From an uncultured Methanosarcinaceae archaeon (lineage in GTDB: Archaea; Halobacteriota; Methanosarcinia; Methanosarcinales; Methanosarcinaceae), in assembly GCA_963847185.1 (NCBI GenBank), contig CAWJYV010000010.1:32001-96000 (forward strand): a stretch of 64,000 nucleotides of DNA, in the 5' to 3' direction. A program made the position numbers and the translations under genes. Positions 10,840 through 22,031 of this stretch are shown piece after piece. Each line of letters starts with the position of its first letter. The stretch's first letter is position 1. The notes below the pieces were generated by a model. That model ran no database searches. It was not told where the DNA came from and was given only the letters and a program-made list of their open reading frames with translations.

Positions 10840-10893
10840 GTAAGGAAAATAATAATCAAAACTAAAAGCAATAAATTATGCAAGTGGTTTCTA

Positions 10894-11847
10894 ATGATCC
10901 AAAAAAGTAATTTGGTATCTGTTATAATACCCTCCCATAACAGAGAGAAATATTTAGAGCGCTCTGTAAGAAGCGTTTTAAATCAAACTTATGATAACAT
11001 TGAAGTCATAATAATTGACGACAATTCTATAGACAATACAGAAAATTTAATCAATCTACTTCAACAAGAAGATAAGCGCATATTATATATTCGTCATGAA
11101 ACAAATAAAGGTGCTCAAGCCGCAAGGAATACAGGAATTTATGCGTCTAAAGGTGAATGGATAGCCTTTTTGGATTCTGACGACGAATGGTTACCCAAAA
11201 AAATTGAGAAACAATTATCTTACGCAAGTGAATTTGATGCGTCTGTTGTCTATTCTGAGGCATATCTAAGAGATGACAATTTACAAAATAATGAAATGAA
11301 ACTCTTTGGTATCCCACCTTTTTCTGGAGATATTTACAAAAATTTATTGGCGAATCCTGGACCTATGTATCAGGGATTATTAGTCCGGAAAAGCTGTTTT
11401 GAGAAAATTAGTTACCTAGATGAGACAATTGTCTCTTACCAAGAATGGGACACATCTATAAAATTAGCAAAATATTACAATTTTATTTTCATTGCAGAAC
11501 CCCTCTATATTTATTACAAAAATATAAACAACTCCATATCAACAGATATTAAAAGAGATATTCAAGGTTATTTGCAGATTCTTACTAAATATCATGATGA
11601 GATTGATAAAGTTGCAGGAAAAAATAGCTTGATAAAACATTATCTGATTATAGCAAAGAAATATTATTCAACAGGAGAATATAACCATTCTTCTTTATAC
11701 TTCAAAAAAGCTGCACAAAACTCATTATCATTAAGGCGGCTTAAATATAATTTACAAGCGCAATTTGCAATTCGAAACTTGAACCCAAATATATTAGATA
11801 TTAATATTTTATTACATATTGCTCGACTTTGTCACATTTCGAGATAA
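10894..11847 (+). CDS. Glycosyltransferase family 2
   Basis: VSVIIPSHNR, IIDDNS, ARNTGI, FLDSDD motifs. Confidence 0.92.
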   Translation: MIQKSNLVSVIIPSHNREKYLERSVRSVLNQTYDNIEVIIIDDNSIDNTENLINLLQQEDKRILYIRHETNKGAQAARNTGIYASKGEWIAFLDSDDEWLPKKIEKQLSYASEFDASVVYSEAYLRDDNLQNNEMKLFGIPPFSGDIYKNLLANPGPMYQGLLVRKSCFEKISYLDETIVSYQEWDTSIKLAKYYNFIFIAEPLYIYYKNINNSISTDIKRDIQGYLQILTKYHDEIDKVAGKNSLIKHYLIIAKKYYSTGEYNHSSLYFKKAAQNSLSLRRLKYNLQAQFAIRNLNPNILDINILLHIARLCHISR

Positions 11848-11907
11848 AAACGCTACAATAAATTATCTCATCAAATATGGGCCTTGTCCTTGAGTAACTG
11901 ACTTTTA

Positions 11908-12496
11908 GGCTCTGTAGAAATCCTTAATTGATGCAAATTATTTCTACAATTTTTTTGTTTATGTTGTACACTATTAGTTTAAATTTAATTTCCTTTACTT
12001 GATTACGTAACTTTCTTGCTCTGAGCGTTTCCCCAAACTTCATTTTCACTACCGAGAATGTTGCCTCTGCTATATTCCTTTGATTGTATCTGAATCTGTT
12101 TTTTGACTAATTCTCCATCCCAATATTACCTTCTTTTTCGTGCCTAATGATATTGAAGTTTTCAGGAAGCTTCTTCTAGCTTCCCTGTCCTGTGGGAATA
12201 ATAATAGCTTGCATAAAGAATCCTTGACAAAATAAGGTTAAACAGGAAAGAAGGAATTTTTGAAATAAACTTTTGAAGAATGGTAAAATGTGGAATTTAT
12301 CAAGACCAACTGTTTCTTTTATATCAGTCATAAGATCAATAAGTTCTACAAAGTCACGATAATCTGTGTTTATAGACTCCTTCATTAAAACAATAACAAG
12401 AAGCTGATGCTGAGTGTAAACATGTTTGGAATATTTGCAGGAATAAAGGTTTAGTCTGGAAGACTGAACAATTTCAAGGCTGGTATCAACAAATCA
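11908..12496 (-). mobile_element. IS5-like transposase remnant (internal deletion, frameshifts, 5' end lost)
   Basis: End GGCTCTGTAGAAA at 11908; minus-strand fragments YSCKYSKHVYTQHQLL, DYRDFVELIDLM and YNQRNIAEATFSVVKMKFG. Confidence 0.7.
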
Positions 12497-12524
12497 AAGT
12501 TGCGCTGGCGCACCCCGCTGCAAG

Positions 12525-14242
12525 GAGGCTGTCCGACAATTACCTAAGGTAATTGAGGTTTCTGCTTTGAATATATCAATTATTATATAATATTCTACTA
12601 ATTTTTTGGTTTATGGTTTTTATTAAATCTCTAAAGAATCAAGTTTGGACTCTACCTCCAGATATCCGCGATCTTATTCCTTCAGATCATATCTGCTATT
12701 TGGTTGAGTCTTTTGTGGATGAGATAGATTTTAGTGAATTTGAAACAAGGTATGACGGTTCTGGACACCCTGCTTATCATCCTTGCATAATGTGCAAGAT
12801 CTTGATTCAATCTATGCTTGATAGAGTTCGATCATCGCGAGCAATAGCTCGCAATGTTCGAGAAAATATAGTTTACATGTATTTAGCTGAAAACCTACAA
12901 CCTGATTTTAGAACAATCAGTGATTTCAGAAAAGAGAATGAAGAATTGATTACTGCAATATTCAAAAACACAGTTAAGGCAGCCAAAGATCTAGGAGTAA
13001 TAGGTCTTGAACAATTAAGCATTGATGGATCCAAAGTAAAAGCCTCTGCGTCAAGAAAAAGTGCGGTTATGAAAAATGCCTTAGAAGTAATTGAAGAATA
13101 TGTCAAGAATGAATTAAAAAAAGGTATTGAAATAGACAAAGTTGAGGATGAGCATTTTGGAAAATGCCGTGGTTATGATCAGTTGAATGAAAGTGAAAAA
13201 CATAAAGTAAAAGCTGTAGTCGTGAAGTACATAAAGCAAGTCAATAAGGATGAATCTGGCGATAGAAAAGGGAAGATTGAAAATACGATTAAGAAAGCGC
13301 TTAATGAATTTGAAAAAGACAGTATTGATAATGTGAGCTTGACTGATCAAGAATCTCGGTTTATGATTAACAAAAAAGGAATGATTGAACTGGCATATAA
13401 TACTCAAATAACAGTCGATCATAAACTAGGAATTATAGTTGCAAACGATGTATGTCAAGACAGAAACGACATGTATCAATTGAAGCCTCAAATTGAAATG
13501 GTGGAAGAAAATTGTGGTTTATTAAAAGTAGGCACTAAACTATCTGCAGACACTGGATACTATAGCGGAAACAACATACATTATTTGAACTGTAAAAGAT
13601 TGGATCCATATATTCCAGAGCAAGAAGTAATTAAAACAATAACAGGAAACGTCGAAGATGTAAGGTTCGATATTAGTAAGTTTGAATATGATGAAGAAAA
13701 TGATGAGTTTATATGCCCTGAAAAGCAAAGCTTGAAGTTTTTGCATGAGGGTTATGAGAAAGAAAGGGAGAGAAAATACAGACTTTACAAGGGAACTGAA
13801 TGTAAAAAGTGTAAATTCAGCAAAAATTGTACAAAAAGAAAAGATGGAATTAGGCATTTAAAAATAGCAGAGTTTTCAAAAGAAAGAAAGCAATTAGCCG
13901 AAAAAATGAAAACTGAAGAAGCAAAAAAAATATTCAGACAAAGGCAGCAGGTAGTAGAACCTGCAATTGGAAACTATAAAGAGAATCTTGGGTTTAGAGA
14001 ATTTCTCACAAGGGGAATAAGATCAGTCAGAAATGAATTTAATTTAGTATGTACAGCAGTTAACTTAAAGAAAATATGGATTTACTTAAATAAAAACGAG
14101 ATATTAAAAAGAGAAATGGAATAAATGGAACTTTTCACTTTAAACTTGAGTAATAAGAATAGAAAACAAATCTCAGAAAAAAGTTCCAATTTACCAGCAT
14201 GCGATATTATTTCATTACTATCAGTAATTGTCGGACAGCCTC
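12525..14242 (+). mobile_element. IS1182-family insertion sequence, apparently intact
   Basis: Perfect TIR GAGGCTGTCCGACAATTAC at both ends; 4-bp DR CAAG (12521-12524, 14243-14246). Confidence 0.92.
12613..14124 (+). CDS. IS1182-family DDE transposase
   Basis: PDFRTISDFR, IDGSKVKA, ADTGY, CPE...CKKC zinc site and RQQVVEPAIG motifs. Confidence 0.93.
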   Translation: MVFIKSLKNQVWTLPPDIRDLIPSDHICYLVESFVDEIDFSEFETRYDGSGHPAYHPCIMCKILIQSMLDRVRSSRAIARNVRENIVYMYLAENLQPDFRTISDFRKENEELITAIFKNTVKAAKDLGVIGLEQLSIDGSKVKASASRKSAVMKNALEVIEEYVKNELKKGIEIDKVEDEHFGKCRGYDQLNESEKHKVKAVVVKYIKQVNKDESGDRKGKIENTIKKALNEFEKDSIDNVSLTDQESRFMINKKGMIELAYNTQITVDHKLGIIVANDVCQDRNDMYQLKPQIEMVEENCGLLKVGTKLSADTGYYSGNNIHYLNCKRLDPYIPEQEVIKTITGNVEDVRFDISKFEYDEENDEFICPEKQSLKFLHEGYEKERERKYRLYKGTECKKCKFSKNCTKRKDGIRHLKIAEFSKERKQLAEKMKTEEAKKIFRQRQQVVEPAIGNYKENLGFREFLTRGIRSVRNEFNLVCTAVNLKKIWIYLNKNEILKREME

Positions 14243-14535
14243 CAAGCTAGCAGGGTATTCGACTGAAATGAAAATAGCATTATCCATGATATCCATTCTA
14301 AGACCATAAAAAAGGATGTAACAATTAGAAAAAGTAAAAAAGGCAATTAATTATTATAGATTCCACTTAAGTTAGCACTATAGTTATTAAAATAGACAAC
14401 TATTTTTCAAATAGCTGAAACTCCTGCAAACATAATACAGCTTTGATGGGCGATCTGGCAAACCGGAGATTCGGAATTTGAGAAACTGAATTAAGCAAAA
14501 TTTACGAGAAGTAGTTAGTATAAAATTAGAAAAAG

Positions 14536-15398
14536 GGCTCTGTAGAAAACTTATCAAATTCAACTGCAAGAGGCTGAAATTAAATCAATAAAAGGCATTG
14601 TTAACTAAATATAGTTAACTCATTATTTCTGTATTTCATTAAGAGAAGAACTGAGTACTTTAGCATTTCAAGACTCTTAGTATAACACTTTGTCTTTCTC
14701 CTCAATCTTGCCAGAAAGTGCCTAAATATGCTGTTATATCCTTCAACAGTATACGTTTCTGCTTTGGATTGAGTATGAATTTTATCTGGGACGAACTCTG
14801 CATATGCCCTCCAGTGATCAGTCATCACTTTTTCAATCTTTTTTTCCTTTAATTTTTCCCAGAGTTTTTGTCCAGTTTCTGTTCCTCTGCTGCCAAAAGA
14901 GCAATTGATGAACTTTTTCCCAAATCTATCAACAGCAATCCAGATCCAGCAATATTTTTTTTGTTACTGATGTAAGTGTGCATCTCATCCATTTCAACAA
15001 TAGATATCTCATTTTCGCTTTTTAGTTCCTCTAACTCCTGACCAAATTTCTTTATCCATTTTTGGACAGAAACATGACTTACTCCCAAAAAACGCCCTAT
15101 TGACCGAAACCCTAATCCTTCAAGATAAAGTTGTAAAGCCTGTCTCTTAACAGATGCGGAACTAGCAGTGGATTTTAGCTCTACTGAATAATTATATCCA
15201 CAATCAGAGCATTTGTAGCGTTGACGGCCATCAACTTTACCATTCTTTTTATGATCGAGACTCTTACATCTTGGGCAGTTCATAAAGAGATATACGTTCT
15301 CATAATATATATCAGTATTTAGATACCAATAAAAGTGTATCAGGTTATTCAGTTAAAATTAATAGGAATTCATTGTTTCAGAGGATTTCTACAGAGCC
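14536..15398. mobile_element. ~122-bp MITE family B (TIR GGCTCTGTAGAAA) interrupted by IS1
   Basis: Halves 14536-14593 and 15328-15398 join to match the uninterrupted inverted copy at 29473-29593; TIR equals the IS5-like end at 11908. Confidence 0.82.
14594..15327 (-). mobile_element. IS1-family element with insA/insB joined by a probable -1 frameshift
   Basis: orfA 14849-15283 (CPRC..CSDC Zn finger, HTH); orfB stays open in the -1 frame from the A8 run at 14955-14962 to 14601; GG...CC ends; DR AATAAAA on both flanks. Confidence 0.88.
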
Positions 15399-15497
15399 GT
15401 TATTTGTTTCTAATTTAAGGATCTTTTTTAAGTTCTTTGCTCGATGTACCACTTACTCTTTTTATTAAAGATCCTTCCAATAAAATTCCTTCTCAAT

Positions 15498-15626
15498 TAG
15501 CTGATCCCAAAACTCAAACTTGCTTTTCTAGGTCTCTTATTCTAAATAATCAATCTGGTTTCTGATCGTGAAAAATAATTCTAAAACTTTCTAATTTGAG
15601 TATAAAATTGGTTTTGGGATGAGTTC
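15498..15626. mobile_element. MITE family A
   Basis: TAGCTGATCCCAAAAC ... GTTTTGGGATGAGTTC, 129 bp. Confidence 0.8.
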
Positions 15627-15869
15627 AATTATTATATTTTTATCAGTTTTTAAATAAATTTAAATAGTTGTGCGCTGATTACATTGAATGGGAATTGATA
15701 CTGTCCCCGTATAAACATCATCTATCTTCTTAACAAACGTTAATTTTCTCGATGCATATCAGTGAAACTGACAGACAAGTCTTAAAAAAATATCCAAGTT
15801 TATTAGTTTAATGGATATGAATCCGGAAAGTCACAATGATTCCTAGACTGAATATAATGAGTAAAGAAA

Positions 15870-16042
15870 ACATTTAGAAAAAGTTATGGTTTTGAAGAGA
15901 AAAACCAGGATGCTTCAAAGCCTGATAGGGATCCCCAGAAAAGGATAGATATTGCAAAGCTGAATAGCTTCGGATCGAAAGCTAAAATTTCATTCAAAAA
16001 AATGGAATTAAAGAAATTTACGAACTATATCGAATAAAATAA
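15870..16042 (+). pseudogene. Degraded C-terminus of a GDP-L-fucose synthase-like SDR
   Basis: From 15909 reads DASKPDRDPQKRIDIAKLNSFGSKAKISFK, then after a frameshift GIKEIYELYRIK*; resembles the Fcl C-terminal DxSKPDG.PRK..D.SKL..LGW motif. Confidence 0.55.
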
Positions 16043-16055
16043 ATCTGGTATAAAT

Positions 16056-17018
16056 ATGAAAGCATTAGTCACTGGCTGTGCGGGGTTTATTGGAAGCAAT
16101 CTAACAGACAGATTACTTGATCTTGGTTATGAAGTGATCGGTATCGACTGTTTTACTGATTATTATCCAAGAGTCATCAAAGAGGCAAACCTTTCAAATG
16201 CTTTCAAGAATTCTAATTTTGAATTTAGAGAGAAAGACATACTAAACATTAATAAATTTCCAGAAGTTGATTACGTATTTCATCTGGCGGCTCAGGCAGG
16301 AGTGAGAGCTTCGTGGGGTCAAAGCTTTGAGATTTATACCAGAAATAATATTGAAGCGACCCAGAAGCTTCTTGAATACTACAAAGATACAGACATCAAA
16401 AAATTTGTTTATTCTTCATCTTCCTCTGTTTATGGTGATGCAAAACTCCCAATGAAAGAAGATAGCTTATTAAAACCTATTTCGCCTTACGGAGCAAGTA
16501 AACTGGCTGCAGAACATCTGTGTTATCTTTACTGGAAAAATTATGGTGTTCCAACTATTTCGTTAAGATATTTTACTGTTTATGGTCCAAGGCAGAGGCC
16601 GGATATGGCTATTCATAAATTTATTAAGTCTATTTTGAATGACGAATTGATTGCTATTTTTGGGGACGGTGAACAAACCAGAGATTTTACTTTTATTCAG
16701 GATGTCGTAAACGCAGATATTCTGGCAGCAGGAAGCAAAATGAAAGGCGAGATATTTAATGTAGGCGGTGGAAATCGAATTACAGTAAACGATCTAATTA
16801 GAAAAATTGAAAATATAACAGGAAAACACGCTAAAATAAATTATTTTTGGAAACAAAAAGGGGACGTTGAAGATACCTGGGCCGACACTAGTAAAGTGCA
16901 ACAGATACTTGGGTGGAGCGCAGAAACAGGAATCTCCGAAGTGCTTAAAAAGTACATTGATTGGGCAATTGAACAGAGTAAAATAACAGCAAAAGAAAAA
17001 AAGACGTGTGTTTTATGA
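16056..17018 (+). CDS. NAD-dependent epimerase/dehydratase (UDP-glucose/UDP-glucuronate 4-epimerase-like)
   Basis: TGCAGFIG, HLAAQAGVR, SSSSVYG, YGASK, YFTVYGPRQRPDM motifs. Confidence 0.92.
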   Translation: MKALVTGCAGFIGSNLTDRLLDLGYEVIGIDCFTDYYPRVIKEANLSNAFKNSNFEFREKDILNINKFPEVDYVFHLAAQAGVRASWGQSFEIYTRNNIEATQKLLEYYKDTDIKKFVYSSSSSVYGDAKLPMKEDSLLKPISPYGASKLAAEHLCYLYWKNYGVPTISLRYFTVYGPRQRPDMAIHKFIKSILNDELIAIFGDGEQTRDFTFIQDVVNADILAAGSKMKGEIFNVGGGNRITVNDLIRKIENITGKHAKINYFWKQKGDVEDTWADTSKVQQILGWSAETGISEVLKKYIDWAIEQSKITAKEKKTCVL

Positions 17019-17851
17019 CTGAACATGTAACTAACTACAAAATTACAATTAGCCCTAAATACGGCCTTCTGGATATTAACTGGCAGGAACTTAAGGAGTA
17101 TAGGGAGCTCCTTTTCTTCCTTGCACTGAGAGAAATAAAGGTTAGATACAAGCAGACACTTATGGGGGCATCATGGACTGTACTACAACCTTTCTTTTCA
17201 ATGGTAATATTTACCCTTATTTTCGGAAGGCTTGCACAGATGCCCTCAGAGGGAATTCCCTACCCGTTATTCTCCTATTCAGGCCTTTTAATCTGGACAT
17301 ATTTTTCAAATGCGCTTTCCCAATCCAGTAACAGCCTTATTGGAAATGTAAATCTTCTTTCAAAAGTCTATATGCCAAGGATATTCATACCGACAGCTCC
17401 CTGCCTTGCAGGTATTATTGATTATGGAATCGCTTTGAGTATTCTTGTGGTGATGATGGTCTATTACAGATTTGTACCGAATACTACAATATTCCTCTTG
17501 CCTGTAGTAATGGTACTGACATTCCTGCTTGCTTCAGGTATGGGATACTGGCTTTCGTCTGTGTGTGTGAAGTTCCGGGATGTAAAGTTCATTCTTCCTT
17601 TTTTCATCCAGATGCTTATGTTTATATCCCCAGTTATTTACCCTACAGATATTATAAGCGAGAAGTTTCAATGGTTTCTCTACTTAAATCCGTTAACAGG
17701 TATAATAGATGCTCATCGTGCATGCATACTCGGATATACTACAGTAGACTTTACTGGTCTTTCCATCTCAGCAGTGATGACTATTTTAATTTTTTTGAGT
17801 GGGATTCTCTACCTCAAGCATACAGAGAAGTACTTTGCGGATTTGATTTAA
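17015..17851 (+). CDS. wzm: Polysaccharide ABC exporter permease (Wzm)
   Basis: YRELLFFLALREIKVRYKQT, FRDV..ILPF, YLNPL; ATG at 17015 overlaps the upstream TGA. Confidence 0.88.
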   Translation: MTEHVTNYKITISPKYGLLDINWQELKEYRELLFFLALREIKVRYKQTLMGASWTVLQPFFSMVIFTLIFGRLAQMPSEGIPYPLFSYSGLLIWTYFSNALSQSSNSLIGNVNLLSKVYMPRIFIPTAPCLAGIIDYGIALSILVVMMVYYRFVPNTTIFLLPVVMVLTFLLASGMGYWLSSVCVKFRDVKFILPFFIQMLMFISPVIYPTDIISEKFQWFLYLNPLTGIIDAHRACILGYTTVDFTGLSISAVMTILIFLSGILYLKHTEKYFADLI

Positions 17852-19048
17852 ATGAGAGTTTCAAAGATAAATGATCCGATAATCGAAGTGAATCATCTCT
17901 CCAAACAATACAGTATCGGGATAGACAAGAATTACAAGACCCTATCTGAGAGCTTTACTTCTGCCATAAGGAGCCCCGTAAAGACGATAAAGAACTTTTA
18001 CAGTCAAAAAGATTCATTCTGGGCTCTCAGGGATGTGAATTTCGAGGTTGAGCAAGGAGAAGTCCTTGGGATCATTGGTAGAAATGGTGCAGGAAAAAGC
18101 ACTCTCCTTAAGATTCTCTCACGTATTACTTACCCGACAGAAGGGGAGATAAGGATGTATGGACGTGTAGGTAGTCTTCTTGAAGTAGGGACAGGATTTC
18201 ATCCAGAGCTTTCCGGCAGAGAGAATATTTACTTCAATGGTGCCATCCTTGGGATGAAAAAGAGGGAGATTGACGATAATTTTGATGAGATTGTGAAGTT
18301 TTCCGGTGTAGAGAAATTCCTAGATACACCTGTTAAACGGTATTCAAGTGGAATGCAGGTTCGGCTTGCATTCTCGGTTGCTGCTCACTTGGACCCTGAA
18401 ATCTTAGTAGTGGATGAAGTTTTGGCTGTTGGAGACGCGGAGTTTCAGAAAAAATGTCTTGGAAAGATGAAAAATGTATCCGAGGATGGTAGAACTGTTC
18501 TATTTGTGAGCCATAATATGGGAGCAATTAGCAGTTTATGTGATCTTGGAATATTACTTGATAACGGAGAAGTTCGGGATATAGGCCCCATAGAAGAAGT
18601 AATACAACATTATATTACAGAAGGAGCTTCCAATAAGAAGGAGTTTAATAATGGTATTTTAAAAAGTGCTCAAATACAGCAGTCTGGAAATAATATTGAA
18701 CTAAATATAGAATATGACCTCAAAGGAAAATCATACTCGCCTTTTCTAGGATTTGTTATTAACGATAGTTTTGGAAATCATGTATGTGGATTAAATCCAT
18801 CTACTGATAAAGTAAAACACAATGTAACTCCAAGAAAAAGTGGAAAAGTAAAAGTTATCTTAAAGTCTCCAAAGTTACTGAATGGTACCTATAGTACTTC
18901 ATTATGGTTTGGAGATGGAATAACGGATTACTTCCGTGAACTTGATTGCCTAACTTTTGAAGTGATTGATTTGGTAAAACAACTGAAAAAATCTAATAAC
19001 TCATCAGTTGGCAGTGTATTTCCAGATTGTGAGTGGATTTATGAATGA
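17852..19048 (+). CDS. wzt: Polysaccharide ABC exporter ATPase (Wzt) with C-terminal extension
   Basis: GRNGAGKST Walker A, YSSGM signature, VVDEVLAVGD, VSH; ~150-aa C-terminal domain. Confidence 0.9.
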   Translation: MRVSKINDPIIEVNHLSKQYSIGIDKNYKTLSESFTSAIRSPVKTIKNFYSQKDSFWALRDVNFEVEQGEVLGIIGRNGAGKSTLLKILSRITYPTEGEIRMYGRVGSLLEVGTGFHPELSGRENIYFNGAILGMKKREIDDNFDEIVKFSGVEKFLDTPVKRYSSGMQVRLAFSVAAHLDPEILVVDEVLAVGDAEFQKKCLGKMKNVSEDGRTVLFVSHNMGAISSLCDLGILLDNGEVRDIGPIEEVIQHYITEGASNKKEFNNGILKSAQIQQSGNNIELNIEYDLKGKSYSPFLGFVINDSFGNHVCGLNPSTDKVKHNVTPRKSGKVKVILKSPKLLNGTYSTSLWFGDGITDYFRELDCLTFEVIDLVKQLKKSNNSSVGSVFPDCEWIYE

Positions 19049-19405
19049 AATATAGATTAATATTATCGACTAGCAGAAAACTATGAAATTTTTTCTATTT
19101 TTGTAACCTCCCAGTTTCCTACTTTATTAAAGAAAGTAATTAATCTTGCTTTCTCCAACTTTAATAGTTACGAACATAAAATAATTCATTAGAGTGACAG
19201 TTTAGTTAAAATGTCCTAATATAACTTGATATAAAAACTGAATTCCAGTCTCAAAATCAATAAGCAGAAAAGAGTTACAAGTGCGTGTTAAGAAAGTACA
19301 CCTATCCAATTTCTATATCATTGATCTTAAAATCATAGAAATTTGTATACATCCAGTAATATTAAGTTAAACGAGAAATCAATTATTTTTTAATAGAGGA
19401 ATATA

Positions 19406-20349
19406 ATGGTATTAATTTCTGTAGTTGTTTGCACTTATAACCGATGCGATCTTCTCGAACAAGTCATGAAAACGTTAGTAATACAAACTTTATCAAGAGA
19501 TCAGTTCGAAATTATAGTAGTAGATAACAATTCTAAAGATGGTACCTCAAAAGTTACCGATCTTTTTATAGTAAATAATCCAGAAACTAATATCAGATAT
19601 GCTCTTGAAACCAAACAGGGTCTATCCCACGCTCGCAATCGTGGCTGGAAAGAAGCAAAAGGCGAATATGTTTCATATATTGATGATGACTGCAAAGCAC
19701 CTGGACAATGGCTAGAGGTAGCTAAGCAGATCATTGACCAGCATTTCCCGACTATTTTTGGAGGACCTTATTATGCATTTTATAGTTCGCCAAAGCCGAA
19801 TTGGTTCAAAGACAGTTATGGTTCTCACACATTAGGTGATCAAGCGCATCCTATGGGACTTGATGAGTTTGTAAGTGGTGGAAACATTTTTTTCCAAAAA
19901 TCCTTGCTTCAGAAAATTGGAGGTTTTGATCCCAACCTGGGATGGTGGGAGATAAAATCGCATATGGAGAGGAAACTGCATTACAAATTTATTTAAGAGA
20001 GTCAATGCCTACAGAATTAATATATTATGATCCAGATCTGTATGTGTATCATCTGGTAAGACCAGAAAAAATGTCATTAAAGTGGAGTCTCTGTCAACAT
20101 TTTTCACTCGGACGTCATTCGTTTTTGATTTTCGAAAATCGTAAAAATGGAATCGCGGATACATATAAAATATTTTTGCATTTTATGCTCATACTAATTA
20201 CAATAAATTATAACCTAATAAAGACCCCATTTAGAGATAGAAAACAATATCCATATTTTGAGAACTATCTATATGAAAGGATATTCATCCACATTTCAAG
20301 GTTCGGAGGGTTGTATGAACAATTAATTCAAATCAAATCCAATTTTTAA
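19406..20349 (+). pseudogene. GT2 glycosyltransferase, frameshifted paralog of 9907-10839
   Basis: Two ORFs join after a 1-nt loss near 19940 (CTG GG- ATG GTG). Confidence 0.82.
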
Positions 20350-22031
20350 GGAAGGATATAAAAATGAAAAATTTAGACATCCTAAAGGCACATGGAATAA
20401 TACTTGTCAAGGGGAGAATTCATCTAAATTACCTTAAAGGTTCTGTCTTTTGCATAAAATCATCGTTGTAGAAAAAATCATTAAACAGGCATCGAAGTAA
20501 GCAAGGAGCAAAATTAGTGATTAGTTATGATAAGTAAATCTCCAATAGTTATGTTTGTTTATAACAGATTGCGGCACACTCAACAAACCATTGAAGCATT
20601 GCAAAAAAACGAGCTTGCAAGCGACAGCGAATTATTTATATTCTCAGATGGACCAAAAAGCAACGATGAAAAAGAAAAAGTAGAAATTGTTCGAAAATAT
20701 CTAAAAAAGATAGATGGATTTAGAGAAATTACTATTATACAGAGGAAAAATAACTTAGGATTAGCAAAGTCCATTATCACAGGCGTCACAGAAGTAATAA
20801 ACAAATATGGTAAAATAATAGTCTTGGAAGATGATTTAGTAACCTCACCTTATTTTTAACATATATGAATGAAGCTTTGGAGGTTTATAAAAAAATAGAT
20901 AAAGCATATAGCATCACAGGATATAATCTCCCACCGTCTTCATTAAAAATTCCTATAAACTATAAAAACGACGTATATTTTAATCCCAGACCAATGTCCT
21001 GGAGCTGGGCGACATGGAAAGATAGATGGGATAAAGTTGATCGGGAAGTTTGTGATTATGACAATTTTTTAAAGAACAAAAAAGCACAAAAAGAATTCAA
21101 TAAAGCTGGTGGAAATGATTTAACTGATATGCTTATCCGTCAAATGGACGGAAAGATTGACTCTTGGTATATAATATGGTGCTTTACCCACTATCGAAAC
21201 AGTGCACTTTGTGTTTACCCAACTAAGTCCATGATTTTAAATATTGGTCATGATGCCTCAGGTGTTCATTGTGGGATTGACCAAAATGGATTATACACTC
21301 ACAGTAAATTAGAAGAAATTAATAAAATTGATTTTACTTCAGTAATAAAGATTGATAAAAGAATTATGAAACAATTTATAAAAGCATTTCCTGGTCCAAA
21401 TCATTCAAAATTAAGATATATCAATCCAACGTTATACTTAAAAATGTTAAAAATAACTCTAAAAAATCCAGAATGTGTTACGAGGCATACAATTAATTTT
21501 TTTTCTAAAGAGTGCGAGTTACTTATTAATTATCATCAAAAATATCAGGTTCAAAAATTAAAATCACGTTATCCTAATTCTATTGTTGGTTCAAATGTCT
21601 CAATAACTCCTGATTGTAAACTTGGGAACCATACTGTAATTCATTCAAATGTCCATCTTTCTAATGTAGTTATTGGAGATTATACATATGTTAACTCCAA
21701 TCTCAATAATGTTACAATAGGAAAATTTTGTTCAATAGGGCCTTATTGTAGTATTGGTGTTGGTAAACATCCATCCAAAAAATTTGTGTCTACTTTTCCT
21801 GCATTTTTTTCAAAAAATAACCTAGGTTGCAAAATTTCATTTGTAGAAAATAACCTATTTGAAGAATTCGATAGAATTGAAATAGGTAATGATGTTTGGA
21901 TTGGTACAGATTCAATAATATTAGATGGAGTTAAAATTGGAAACGGCGCCATAGTTGGAGCCGGAGCTGTTGTAACCAAAAATGTTGATGACTATGCTAT
22001 TGTGGGTGGTATACCAGCTAAATTAATAAGA

